Part shown: in pieces, positions 12,101-24,315 of the stretch
Layout of the letters: every line of letters starts with the position of its first letter
Position numbering within the stretch: position 1 is the stretch's first letter
Source: Sphaeroforma arctica JP610
Lineage: Eukaryota
Direction: 5' to 3'
DNA length: 43,113 nt
Assembly (NCBI RefSeq): GCF_001186125.1
Contig: NW_014040480.1
Coordinates: forward strand, 32,721-75,833
Made by a program: the position numbers and the translations under genes
The notes under the pieces: generated by a model
The model's database searches: none
What the model saw: only the letters and a program-made list of their open reading frames with translations
What the model was told of the DNA's origin: nothing

Positions 12101-14238
12101 ATATAAACATATATGTATGTATGTATAGATATATATATATATATATATAAATATATATATATAAGCCTATGTTTGTACCGTGTTCAAACTCGAGTAGACC
12201 CATATGCTTTGCTGACGATATACTGGCCTTTTCGATTCAATTACTACCTCCAAACGCCTCTTACACTCATTTCCGTATGGTTCCTCTACACATAATAGTG
12301 CGCATGATGGTGTCATCCCCGCTCAAGGCAAAGCTATCATGAAGACAGACATCTCCATCGCTATCCCTGCCGGCTGCTATGGGCGAGTTGGTATGTTGGT
12401 TTTTACTGTCATGTAGGTACTTGGTACAGACCTATGTTCTTTAATTTGTATGGGGGGGCTGGGTAGTATCTCACAAATACGTCCCCATCCCGTGGATGCT
12501 CGATGAAGACCGCCTCTTGCTTGAGCACGTTTCCACGTGCTGAACATAACTCAGTGAGTGAACAGCTTGTACTTGAGCGCGCTCTTTGTATCAGTGTGAA
12601 CGTTGGCCATGAACAAATCGTGCGGTTGTTTGTCTTGCGAGCCACACTCATCAACACACGTCTCACCGTGTGCTGGCGCGAATCATAGAATGTTGGTTCA
12701 ATCGCAATAACGACATTCAATGGTAGTTTTGAACGCCGATGCAAGTATTTCGAACATGCATACCGGATTCTTCGCATACATAAGATGGTACTCTCGACAT
12801 GCTGATGTCTGCATTTCGTGGGAAACATCTCCAATATATATATATTCATACTTACGAACCATACATTTACATGTACGTACATACATGAATATGTATACTG
12901 ATACATATGCTAAATTTAAATGTCCGTTTAGTTGTCATGATTAGCATACCACCTGCCGACAATGCCCACCAACAAAAACCTCACGATTCAATATTAAAAA
13001 CTTCCCGGTAACTTTGGTGTAGGGTGAGTCTGAAATATCTGTGCCTATTTAAACATACAAACATACAGTTGTGCCACGGAAGCTTATCGAGAAATAACGC
13101 CCTCCATACACACCATACAATACAAAGCGAGTACGTCTATCCAATCGAGAACCCCGCGTAGTTAGTGAACCTTGACTGTCCTATACCCTACCTTAGTATA
13201 TCTGTTTATCGCTTCACGGTCGGGCTGTCGTGGAAGCATCTGACCAAACTATAACGTCGTGGAAGCATCTGACTAACCTATAACCTACCTTGGTATATCT
13301 ATTTATAGCTCCACGCTCGGGCTTGTCGTGGAAACATCACATTGATGTTGGGGCCGGTGTCATTGACGGCGACTACAGGGGGAATGTGGGTGTAGTTCTG
13401 TTCAACCACGCTCAAACCGACTACAACGGTATGTGTGCATCTCACGTTGACTGGTGTTGTGCATACTAATTAATATGCTATACTTGTAGTCGAGTACGTG
13501 AATCATTGTATACCTTACGGATATCTGAAAGCCGGTACGAAAGCGTGCACAAATGTGGGAACATGGTGCTTGTTATTCTTAGGGAGCAGTTGTATAACTG
13601 TATGTCAGATGCATATGTATACTTAATGATTCTAAATTCATACGTACATGCGTATTACATATATAGTGGCCAAGGGAGATCGCGTTGCGCAGCTGATCCT
13701 GGAGAAGTACGTCGTGGCCGAGATTGAGGAAGTTCAGGTGCGTGATCGTGTAGCTTCTGTGTATCGTCGACGTTTCGGATCTTTGCTGTACTACACATAC
13801 GAGCTCATATGCGTATGGATTGAGCGATATCGCATTACGCTAATATGCGCAACCCACTGTGTCAACGCTTTAAGTTGTCATTCTTTTGTCCTTGCGTAGC
13901 AACATTGCCCGTACAAAGATTTTATTTTCTTCGCATCACATTATTTAATAGGTAGTATCTACTGTCTCCCACCACAATTCGTGGAGCTTTGAATCATACC
14001 AGCTGTTTGAGCTCAGTTCTTCCCCTGTGGTATAGAATCGTATAATCGCAGCATTTACTGCCAAGATCACATTGAAATTATTCATATACAGGCCACTATG
14101 ACGCAAGATCGTAACATGCCCGCATCTATTACGCATATCATGTCGTGCTTAATCTTTGAACTGACCTGTCAATCTATACAGGAGCTAGACGAGACGGTAC
14201 GCGGCGCTGGTGGGTTTGGATCCACTGGAAAGAACTAA
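11642..14238 (+). CDS. DUT: dUTP pyrophosphatase (trimeric dUTPase), ~171 aa
   Basis: Exons 11642-11817, 12299-12390, 13309-13428, 13667-13737, 14182-14238 total 516 nt. All five dUTPase motifs are present: [39 protein letters not shown]. Confidence 0.96.
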
Positions 14239-14455
14239 ACACACCTCGTATATGTGAGACCACACTCAACAAACACCGATATACAGCCGGGAGGTTGACG
14301 AATATAGATACTGAATCAGTATAAAATAAAATAAATTCTACCTGTCTATCCATATCTACATATTTGAATGCACTATATGCATACATCTTCATATATATAT
14401 ATATATATAGATATATATATAATATATATATATCTATATATATATATATATATAT

Positions 14456-14501
<46 letters not shown>

Positions 14502-14837
14502 TATTATTATTAATATTGTTATTATTATTATTATTATTACTATTATTATTATTATTATTATTATTAATTTGTGTGTGTGTGTTTATGTCTATGTATATTC
14601 TATATATATACATGTATATACCAACTATGTATATATATGCATTTATAATATATATATATATATATATATACTCCACAAAGGGATTAGCATGGAGATAGGA
14701 TAGTTTTATATATATATATATATATCATCTATTGTTTAATATCTATATATATATACAATACTATGAATATATACTATACTATTCATACATATATACTATA
14801 TATATATATGTGTGTGTGTGTATATATGTATATCTTC

Positions 14838-14869
<32 letters not shown>

Positions 14870-14876
14870 GTATATA

Positions 14877-15600
14877 NNNNNNNNNNNNNNNNNNNNNNNN
14901 NNNNNNNNNNNNNNNNNNNNNNNNNNNNNNNNNNNNNNNNNNNNNNNNNNNNNNNNNNNNNNNNNNNNNNNNNNNNNNNNNNNNNNNNNNNNNNNNNNNN
15001 NNNNNNNNNNNNNNNNNNNNNNNNNNNNNNNNNNNNNNNNNNNNNNNNNNNNNNNNNNNNNNNNNNNNNNNNNNNNNNNNNNNNNNNNNNNNNNNNNNNN
15101 NNNNNNNNNNNNNNNNNNNNNNNNNNNNNNNNNNNNNNNNNNNNNNNNNNNNNNNNNNNNNNNNNNNNNNNNNNNNNNNNNNNNNNNNNNNNNNNNNNNN
15201 NNNNNNNNNNNNNNNNNNNNNNNNNNNNNNNNNNNNNNNNNNNNNNNNNNNNNNNNNNNNNNNNNNNNNNNNNNNNNNNNNNNNNNNNNNNNNNNNNNNN
15301 NNNNNNNNNNNNNNNNNNNNNNNNNNNNNNNNNNNNNNNNNNNNNNNNNNNNNNNNNNNNNNNNNNNNNNNNNNNNNNNNNNNNNNNNNNNNNNNNNNNN
15401 NNNNNNNNNNNNNNNNNNNNNNNNNNNNNNNNNNNNNNNNNNNNNNNNNNNNNNNNNNNNNNNNNNNNNNNNNNNNNNNNNNNNNNNNNNNNNNNNNNNN
15501 NNNNNNNNNNNNNNNNNNNNNNNNNNNNNNNNNNNNNNNNNNNNNNNNNNNNNNNNNNNNNNNNNNNNNNNNNNNNNNNNNNNNNNNNNNNNNNNNNNNN
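14877..15600. other. Assembly gap (N run); smaller gaps at 5013-5032 and 11979-11998
   Basis: Runs of n flanked by TA/TG microsatellites. Confidence 1.
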
Positions 15601-17134
15601 ATGTGTGTGTATGTGAGTGTGTGTGTATCGTATCTCTGATTCTCACGGCTGTTTTATATAAAAATTCGAATAAAAATCTTCCTATACCTACAAAGTGGCA
15701 AGATTTTCATTTTAGTTTGAAGTCCTCGCATGGTCTGCCGAGTAGATATACCAGCAGCAGCGAGATCGTATCACTAAATAAATAGGGTTGGCGTGTTGAC
15801 TTGCATAAAGTGAACATGAGCGAGACCCGTTTGAGTTTGATGCTGACTGCAAACTTGTCTTTTTCAATGTTTTTTTGGCCTTTGTAAATTCATAGCCCAT
15901 TCCTTTTGTGTTCAATTTAGTGTTATGGTAAATTAACATGGAAATTAATATTTAGTTGAAAAATAGAGTTTTATACGACGTATCCCTGGCTACCTCAGAA
16001 GAGTATTAAGAGTCTCGGACCGTCAACTGAGGCCTGGATTGCTATATATAGGTACCTTTATCACATACCTAAAGTATGTGATATTTACACCATGTACGCA
16101 TACGCTCTATTTACTACTGAGCGTTTCTTTATAGGCATGAAGTACAGTTGCACGAACTGACATACAGTCACACGCTGTGACCGCGACCGGTAGGTGTGAC
16201 AACACTATTCTAGAGACTCATAGAGTGTGACTTGAGGCGGTGACGGTGTCGACTATTGAGACTGATGATACATAGATAAATAGAAAAAGAGTACATATGT
16301 AAAACTATAAATAGACTGATAGCTCATTGGACTCCGTTGTAGTATCTGATGAGTCATCATGATTCATGAACATTTTGCCGCTCATCGGCTCTTGGTTCGG
16401 CTTTAGCTGTCGAACACCCAGAAACTACAGAAAGTCTTTCGCGGAAATAAAAAGAACATATACTGTATGTATGTAATTTTCTTTTATAGAAATAATACAG
16501 AAACTTACTCAGTTCGTTTCTCGTTAAAACGTTTTCGAATCGATCGTTTGTTTTTGTTTTGTTTTTTGTAAAACAATATTTTCGTGTGGATTTCAACTGG
16601 GGTCTGGAGGTGTCATTCTCGAGAGAGTGAGCAGGCTATGTTCTTGAGATATTTACGTTTTAACCCCGTACAAAATGCAACCAATTTTTAGTGCGTTTAC
16701 ATACAACGTTTATTTAATCTTTACTGCATGTGGGTGCTCAGTGCTATCTTGACGTTTAATAAAAGATGAGCGTGTTAATTGAGCATATCTAAAGTCTCAC
16801 GGCCGGTTTCACATGTATATCCATTCACAAGGCTGGTATCACACATGTATATCTATTCACGTGCTGTATTCAAATACAATACGTCACATCACTTCACTTC
16901 ACACAGAGAACAATACATTGCTTCACGACAGATAGAAATTGTATGTAACCACATAGTCGGCAGCTTGCGTTGCGGATGAAGCTCTGTATTCTAGTTAGTT
17001 GTAGCGTGTGAGGTTTAAAGGTTCGTTGACGGCATAACTATCCCGGCTTAATTTCATAATTCGTATACTACCCGCTTACATTTATACGCCTCTACGTACA
17101 CATCAGCACATCTACATACACATAAACATACACC

Positions 17135-20100
17135 ATGGATGTCTTTGGATTAAGGATGGAACCCTGGCAAGGCATATTCATCTTGTCGCCGGTTGTCACA
17201 TACTATACGTCGTGCATAGCATTTGGTATCATGGACTGTATGCCATCATTCGAGAAGTACCGTGTGCAGCCGAAGTTCGAGGAGAAGAGGAATAAGATCT
17301 GTTGGAAGGACGCGCTCCCTTGGGTTATATTACAGCATGCCATGCAGGTACATACGTATGCGTGTTGTATGATCACTCGGACACATATGGTATATGTGCG
17401 TATCACATAGTTGTCACTTTCCTATTAATGCTACGTATATGAGATACATGATCATTTCCATGTTTATGTTATCTGTATATCATGTTTTGAATAACCCAAT
17501 GATCACTTCTTCCATATCAATCTCATCTATCTGTATAACTTGGTGAATTGTTGTCTATATTGTCAACTATTGAGAATTTAGTATAGACTATTTTTGTATT
17601 CTTATTGAACACCCTTATTGATGTTATCTGTATGGTTCACATTATAATCGTACCATATTCGTATCGTCTATGCGATTCACATGGCGCTCACTTTCCTATC
17701 TCTGCTGTCGTCGCTTAGAGAGCAGCCGGCTTTCTTGACTTCCCATGTCACCTCCAAGCATTGATGGATGTTTGTGTACCCCGCAGTATTGTCCTCGGCC
17801 TCATTTGTTTTCTATCACCCACTGTAGTTTACACCCACTGTAACTTCGCTTAGCGTGTTTACATTGGGTCGCATAGCAAATAGCACACTATCCGTCCAGC
17901 CTTCGAGTACCCCTACCAATATTATATTTTTTGTACCGTCACTCTAGCTCTATGTACTTACTGCATTATCACACCGTGTGTACACCCTGGTTTAAATGCT
18001 CTATTTGATGCAGTATGGTTTGTCGGGATGGATATGCTTCACGTCCAGATACTACTCTATTTATAGTACCGTTCGCTTACCAATTAAGAGCAACCAGAAT
18101 TGAGTGTCAGAGATGTGGTCGTGTCCCTCTCGTAGTTCATTGCGGTGTCGAAAGGAAGGTGTGAAGTATAGATGCTGGGTAATTGTTTCATATGCATATT
18201 CTATGGCAATGATGACCTGACTTTTGTCCCTCTTGTTGGCGGATAGTTGCACGTGGGCATGAAGACGATTGTTTTTTTAAGCTCACAAGGTTCTATCAGG
18301 CATCTAGCCATATGCTTTCTATAGTATCATACTTTGCTATATTGTTCGAACATGATCGGCATATAGTCCAAGTAAATTATAAACTCTGCATTGCTTATCG
18401 TTGGCGTGTGCTGATTTGCTATTAACTGCCTCAATGATTAACACAGTAGTGACAATTCAAGGGATATCTGGCGTGTTAGTAGCGTACAAATACATGCTAA
18501 GTGAACATTACTCACTCTATCACATCCATTTCCTTGTGTAGATATTTGCCGGCATCATGTTTGTGCAATTCGAGGACTACTCGGAAGACTTCGACTCGTG
18601 GCTGGCGGTGGTACCGAAGTTTGTAGTAGCTGCCCTTGTCATGGACACGTATCAGTACTGGATTCACCGGTGGATGCACATTAACAAATGGGCCTTCGAG
18701 CACTTTCACTCATGGCATCATCGCCTGCATTGTCCTTATCCCATTGGAGCCCTGTACAACCACCCGCTCGAAGGTATGTGCTGGTATGGTACTCTTGTAT
18801 GTGAGCATTGATGTAAAATTGCATGCATGTATACATTTATGTCTGTGTAAACGCATAAGTATACATTCTTCTATATCTAGACCTATCATGTCAACGTATT
18901 GCTACTTATCCGCCCGCCCCCCAAAATCGTGTACAACGCAAACGCACTAGGATAGGTATTCATGTCGGGTAATTTTTAAAATGGTCAGATGGTAAGCATT
19001 TTGAGATCTCATTGTTTAGGAGCTCTAGGGTAAGGACGAAGCCTTTTTTATGAACGAATATATGACTCAACATGATACATCTATATATAGGTGTAGGTAT
19101 AGGTATGTATGTTTGTATGCATAATATGTATTTATGTATGTATGTATATATGTGCGTGGGTGTGTATATAGGCATATATGTATATATGCACTTATATCCG
19201 GCAAGTTCGGTAGCTCTGTAGGGTATCGCCGTCTCTACTCGCAATCTCAACCACTAGTCACTTTCATACACAGGGTTTGTGTTGGATGCCGGGAGCGGTG
19301 CTCTATCTGTGGCCGTTGCTGGGCTTGATCTTCGAGCCGCGAGTCTGTTTGTCTCAGTATCCACCTTCAAGACTGTGTGCGATCACGCGAACTACGACTT
19401 ACCCTGGAACCCTATGAATAAGCTCTTCACCAACAATGCTTCCTACCACGATATGCACCATCAATTGAGAGGTTTCCGGTATGTCATTGGCGTGTTCTTG
19501 TTGCGTATCCGTTGTTGTCATGTATGTAGCTGCGAAATATCGCTTCTGCTTTTGGATTGTTTTCTTTTATGTACATTATAATTTGGATGGTTATTAATAT
19601 TATTTGGATCATAGGAATCAGACAATTAGAATGGTATAATGGTATGCAGTTGTTGTAAATTGAATTCATTTTTAATACTTGCATCAATTTGGTTGTATAC
19701 TCATGTTTAGTAAACAAAGCAATCCAACTTGTATTCTCACAAGATATGTACATCTTACTTTGTTTGTAGTTGGCATCTAAGCGCATATCTAGTGTATCTA
19801 CGCACCACACATATATTATCAATCGTATCATGTGTTTACTCTTTATGACTAGCAGAACTATCCACATCAATCTACATGTGTGCTTATGGTATGGCCTGTG
19901 TCGTCGGTGCGCGCGTGTGTTGTTGTTCGTCACTTCATATTCAGATTTTGGAATGTTGCATTCTCTCGTAGCTGCGTTTGCCCAACTCAATCGCTCACAA
20001 TTGTGAGGAAGTCCACAAACCTTCCGATTCACGCAGTTCAACGCTTCATGTACAGCTTATATACACCCCTCGAATGCTGTTTTATAGCTTCACAGACCTC

Positions 20101-20361
20101 TCATTACTTGAACATCGACGATTCATATACAACTCAAACCCATGCATACTTGCTCATCACTGTTCAATATTGTATCAATGAATAATCAGGTTCAACTTCT
20201 CGCAGCCGTACTTCACTTTCTGGGATGACATCATGGGCACCAAAAAAATGCCCACCAGAGACGACCTCGTGCGGTGTGAGAAGCCGAAGACAGCTGTCAA
20301 ATCTGTGGCAAAAACGGAGACAGCCTCGACTAAGAGTGATGCAGCTAAGAAGGCGGAATAG
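17135..20361 (+). CDS. SUR2: Sphingoid-base (sphinganine) C4-hydroxylase, SUR2/SBH-like, fatty acid hydroxylase superfamily, ~273 aa
   Basis: Exons 17135-17347, 18542-18773, 19274-19478, 20190-20361 total 822 nt. His boxes HRWMH, HSWHH and HDMHH are present. Family motifs: MDTYQYW, GALYNHPLEG, STFKTVCDH, NNASYHD, FNFSQPYFTFWD. The C-terminus ends in a KKAE ER-retrieval (KKxx) signal. Confidence 0.92.
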
Positions 20362-20868
20362 ACCCGGTAATGGGGGTGATCGCAGAGATGGGAAAAGCGC
20401 GCGGACGTGTTTAATGGAGATACGTGTGTGACGACAATGAGGGCTTGCGTGGGCAAGTGGTAGTCGTAGTAGGAAGTGAGCGGACACATATATACGTATG
20501 TATATATACATGTGTATTTATATGTGTATTTACATATGCATGTGTATTTACATGTGTACATGCATGTGTCCACTTTTATGTCTAGAGAGGTTGATGTTGC
20601 GCCTGCAGGGATGGGTGAGTGACAATCGATAACTTCGGACGCACCGTGAAAGTCAGTGAGGTTGGGAAGACGCCCGAATGCGGCTGTATCGCATGTTGTA
20701 CATGCATGCATGCTTTTGCAACAGCGGGTGTCTGTCAGGAATTAATCTCCAGGTACATGGGTGGGTGCACCACTACGCACGCAACCGTACGTAGTGGTGC
20801 AACGCCTGGTTGATAGTTTATGTGTGTTTAAAACTGGGTTAGTGAGACGTGTGGTAGCAGCTTACAGG

Positions 20869-21260
20869 TGTAGACTAGTCATGGCGGGAGGGCGTTGGTA
20901 GAGGAATATATAGGTCGATTGCAATTGGTAGATACGATGCAATCGGAGCGAAGGTAGGATGATAACAGAAATGACGTAATATAGTAAAACAGTGGAGAAG
21001 AAATAAATGTGGTCGATAAATATGGCTGCCCATCTCTTCCGGTTATCTGTACCCGGATTGTCTGTTTCGTTGTAAGTGATTTTTCTGCGTTCCATGGGTG
21101 TCACCAAGGGATCCTCGAGGGCTCTCGAGAGGGAGAGGGCGTGTAGGAGGGTTAACACCCCAAGGGGACACCCTCACTCTCTCTTGGAGAGTGGGGAACC
21201 CCGACACCTCTAGACATCACCCCTGGTTATCTATTAACTTTTAACTCCTTTCAGTCTACA
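20869..21260. mobile_element. Possible solo LTR or small TIR element (392 bp)
   Basis: Termini TGTAGACT...AGTCTACA form a perfect 8-bp inverted repeat with TG..CA ends. The interior is purine-skewed and hairpin-rich, unlike its flanks. No target-site duplication is visible (acagg / tttgt). Confidence 0.4.
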
Positions 21261-22609
21261 TTTGTATACTAGTATTTTGTCTAAAAATCGGTTAGAGAGA
21301 TTTATTGAGTGCATGTGACAGAGTGTCGTACCGCCATTGAAAGTGCGCCGTGCCCGATACGAATGAAGTTCAAACGCAACCCGCTATCGAGTGTGGATAG
21401 CATATTCTGCATATCACATTTTGATGAAGCTATGTTGTCTTTAACGGAACTGTATGCTGGCGGAAAATGAGTCTACTACTGATTTTGCTACCGAGATTTC
21501 GATTGTAATGGTATGCTTGTTGACAGTCTCGGCAGTCACAATGAATAGAGCGAATCAACGTAGAACCCGTATACAAAAGAGGACATCGTCCCCGCTCTCA
21601 TTTTTATACAAAGAACAGAAATCTTTATGCATCATTCTATGCGTCTGGATATGAAATGTCAACCGTTTATCGCCGCATACAAGCATTTACACTTCTGCTC
21701 AATAAAGTTTAAAGGCTGGAAATGTTTACATGATACTGCGAGGAATCTAACTCCACACTCCAACTGTCGGCCAGTGCTGTGCCTGTGCATCAATCGGCCT
21801 ACTACGTATTCGACAACACTGCTATGGAAATTTATAGTTATGAATTGCCGCTCATCCCCTAAGCATACTCAACGGACTATCCCGCCTGACCTTCACAATA
21901 CCTTAGAATCGCACGCACACTACTAACGCTGGGTTGTTTAAAAACCCCTAAAACCCTAATTCCAGCGACGCCGCTAACTTGAATCACGCGTCCACTCCCT
22001 GGTGTATGTCAGTACGAAGCTAGCAACGTGGCTCTCGATGGTACTTACACGCTACCACTTGACAACCTGTGCCCTGTTGCACATTAACACCGTGCACAGC
22101 TCACGCTACTCGTCAGTGTCGTCGTGTATCTCCACTTCCAGTCTTGTTTGATCTGTACACTAATTGCGGGTCTGCAACTTGCTTGCACGTCATCTACCGA
22201 CGGTTTCAAACAGCAATGCATGATGTGCCACACGAGAGTGCGTATGTATATCGTTCATACCGTAGAATCGCTCTCAATTTAAAAGCTTGCAAAGTGTCCA
22301 ACTTAAATTGTGCATATTTTTAGGGTTTAGGGTTTTAGTGTTTTGGTTCGAAATGCATTCGTAAATCCACCCCTTCTTCCCGCCACCTGGGTCTACGCCC
22401 ATGGCCCATTTGACGGTCGCCTGATTTCGAATATTGCGTACCTTGATCATAAACTGCAGTTCCTGACTAAAAACTACGATCAGAACACTAGAACACTGTG
22501 TGTTTATATTAGTCTTCGCACAAGAGACATAATCCGATAAATTTCAGTCACGCATAGCACACAGTCGTACGTGAGCTTCTCGATATGGTAAACCGTGTGC
22601 ACATGATGT

Positions 22610-22864
22610 GCTGGAGAACCTATTGATATATATTCGTACCTGGTCCATACCGTTCGCGTGTTTTACTAGTAGTACGGTAAGTTGACAGCTGGAGAACCTA
22701 TTGATATATATTCGTACCTGGTCCATACCGTTCGCGTGTTTTACTAGTAGTACGGTAAGTTGACAATAAGTACACAATGAACACTAAATGTGCTTTGAAC
22801 TATGGAAATAGAAGTTCAGGCTACTGCTGCTTTGAAATATGGAAATAGAAGTTCAGGCTACTGC
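22610..22864. repeat. Two adjacent short tandem duplications: 78 bp x2 (22610-22765) and 37 bp x2 (22791-22864)
   Basis: gctggagaacc...ggtaagttgaca is repeated exactly. tgctttgaa(c/a)tatggaaatagaagttcaggctactgc is repeated with one mismatch. Confidence 0.95.
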
Positions 22865-24188
22865 GCCCTATCTCAGTAAACAGTTACAGTAAATAATTTG
22901 ATATAACGCGTAGTGACAAACGTTTACGATTGCGCTTTTGTTTGCGACATATCTCCAATCGCATCAAGGAGTGAAGCATGGCGCCATAACTATTAGCACA
23001 TAAGCCTCTACAACTAAAGAGCGTATTACTATTATGCTGTTCTCGTGTCCAACTGTAATCGCAGCAGCTCAACTTGTATCGACAACTGTATTACCATATG
23101 TGTTGACACTTCTGGACTAAATTCGATACTATCTGCATATTCAGAATTATACCCCAGTGGGTTAATGTTTCTGGCTGTATCCCGGTTCAATACTACCACA
23201 CATGTTCATGAAAACCATTTAATGATATCATGAGTGCCGCTTGTACTCTCTGACGTTGCACAGTACTCGCTGAGTGGAGGTCAATACTCAGGCCCCGTTG
23301 ATAGTACCTATGTGACAGAATTCTGTATCAGATCAATGCATCCACATTGGTTGTTGTTTGTCAGTGGACAACACCTATGTGACGGGATTTTGTATTAGAT
23401 CAATGCGTCCAGATTGGCTGTTTATAAACAAGTCCAATTCAGGGCAACAGATCCGGTGTGGCTGCAATGCCGTATAGCTGTAACCAAGCGTGGAACGGGC
23501 CATATACAATAAACACTGATATACTGAACTACTTATCAGAAACACAGCAGTTTTATTTATTTATTTTTAAAATTGTAGACGTTTCATGATATGGGCTATA
23601 AATATCACTTTTTAGTTTTTACTCCCATTGCTTAACAGTGACACAAATAAAACTAAAATATGTACAGTGCGTACTGTGGGTATCCCTATCCCGTTTATAC
23701 GGGTAAATATTTGTTCGGGGCCTTGAAGCTTGAGGTTTATTTGTTTTACAAAAAAAATTGTTTTCTAATATTTTCCCTCGATGTATTATAGTACATATAG
23801 GGTGTGGGTTTTTGTGTCATTTGACCCATAGAAACGTTTTATTAATAAAAGTATGTATCGTTTACGCTACACTTTTAAATTGGTCCTCTTTAACGGATTG
23901 AGGTTATCTGTGGGTTTATGTATTGCAATATTTTTTAAACGTACATTGAGACGCTATCATAGCCTCTACTTTGCTGTCGTGTATCTTTGTTCCTCGGCTG
24001 ATCACTGAAGATCTTAATAGCTACAACCCCTTGACTATTTAGATAGTATATGCTACGTTAAGTCTACATACACAACCCCTTTTAAGGATAGTTAACTGCT
24101 GTAGTTTCCATTCACAATCTCTCCCATTGCACCACCGTCCCTTATATATATATAGATATACATTATATATAGATATAGATATAGATAC

Positions 24189-24235
<47 letters not shown>

Positions 24236-24315
24236 CAGTGTATATGTACGTATGTATATGTCTATATCTAAATATATAAATAGACATATATATTTATATA
24301 TCTAATATACATATA

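Noticed and set aside
11642..14238. dUTPase as a retroviral or retroelement-borne gene
   Set aside because: It has four spliceosomal introns, a normal cellular sequence, and lies more than 20 kb from the LTR element.
14434..15785. Long YI/CV-rich and X-containing ORFs, also at 2-229, 24480-24775, 28343-29135 and 31091-31365
   Set aside because: Artefacts of TA/TG microsatellites and N gaps.
16348..16375. CTGATGAGTC.. hammerhead-like core
   Set aside because: It is followed by ATGAAC rather than GAAA after the stem, and no stems I or III are found. It is just a short palindrome.
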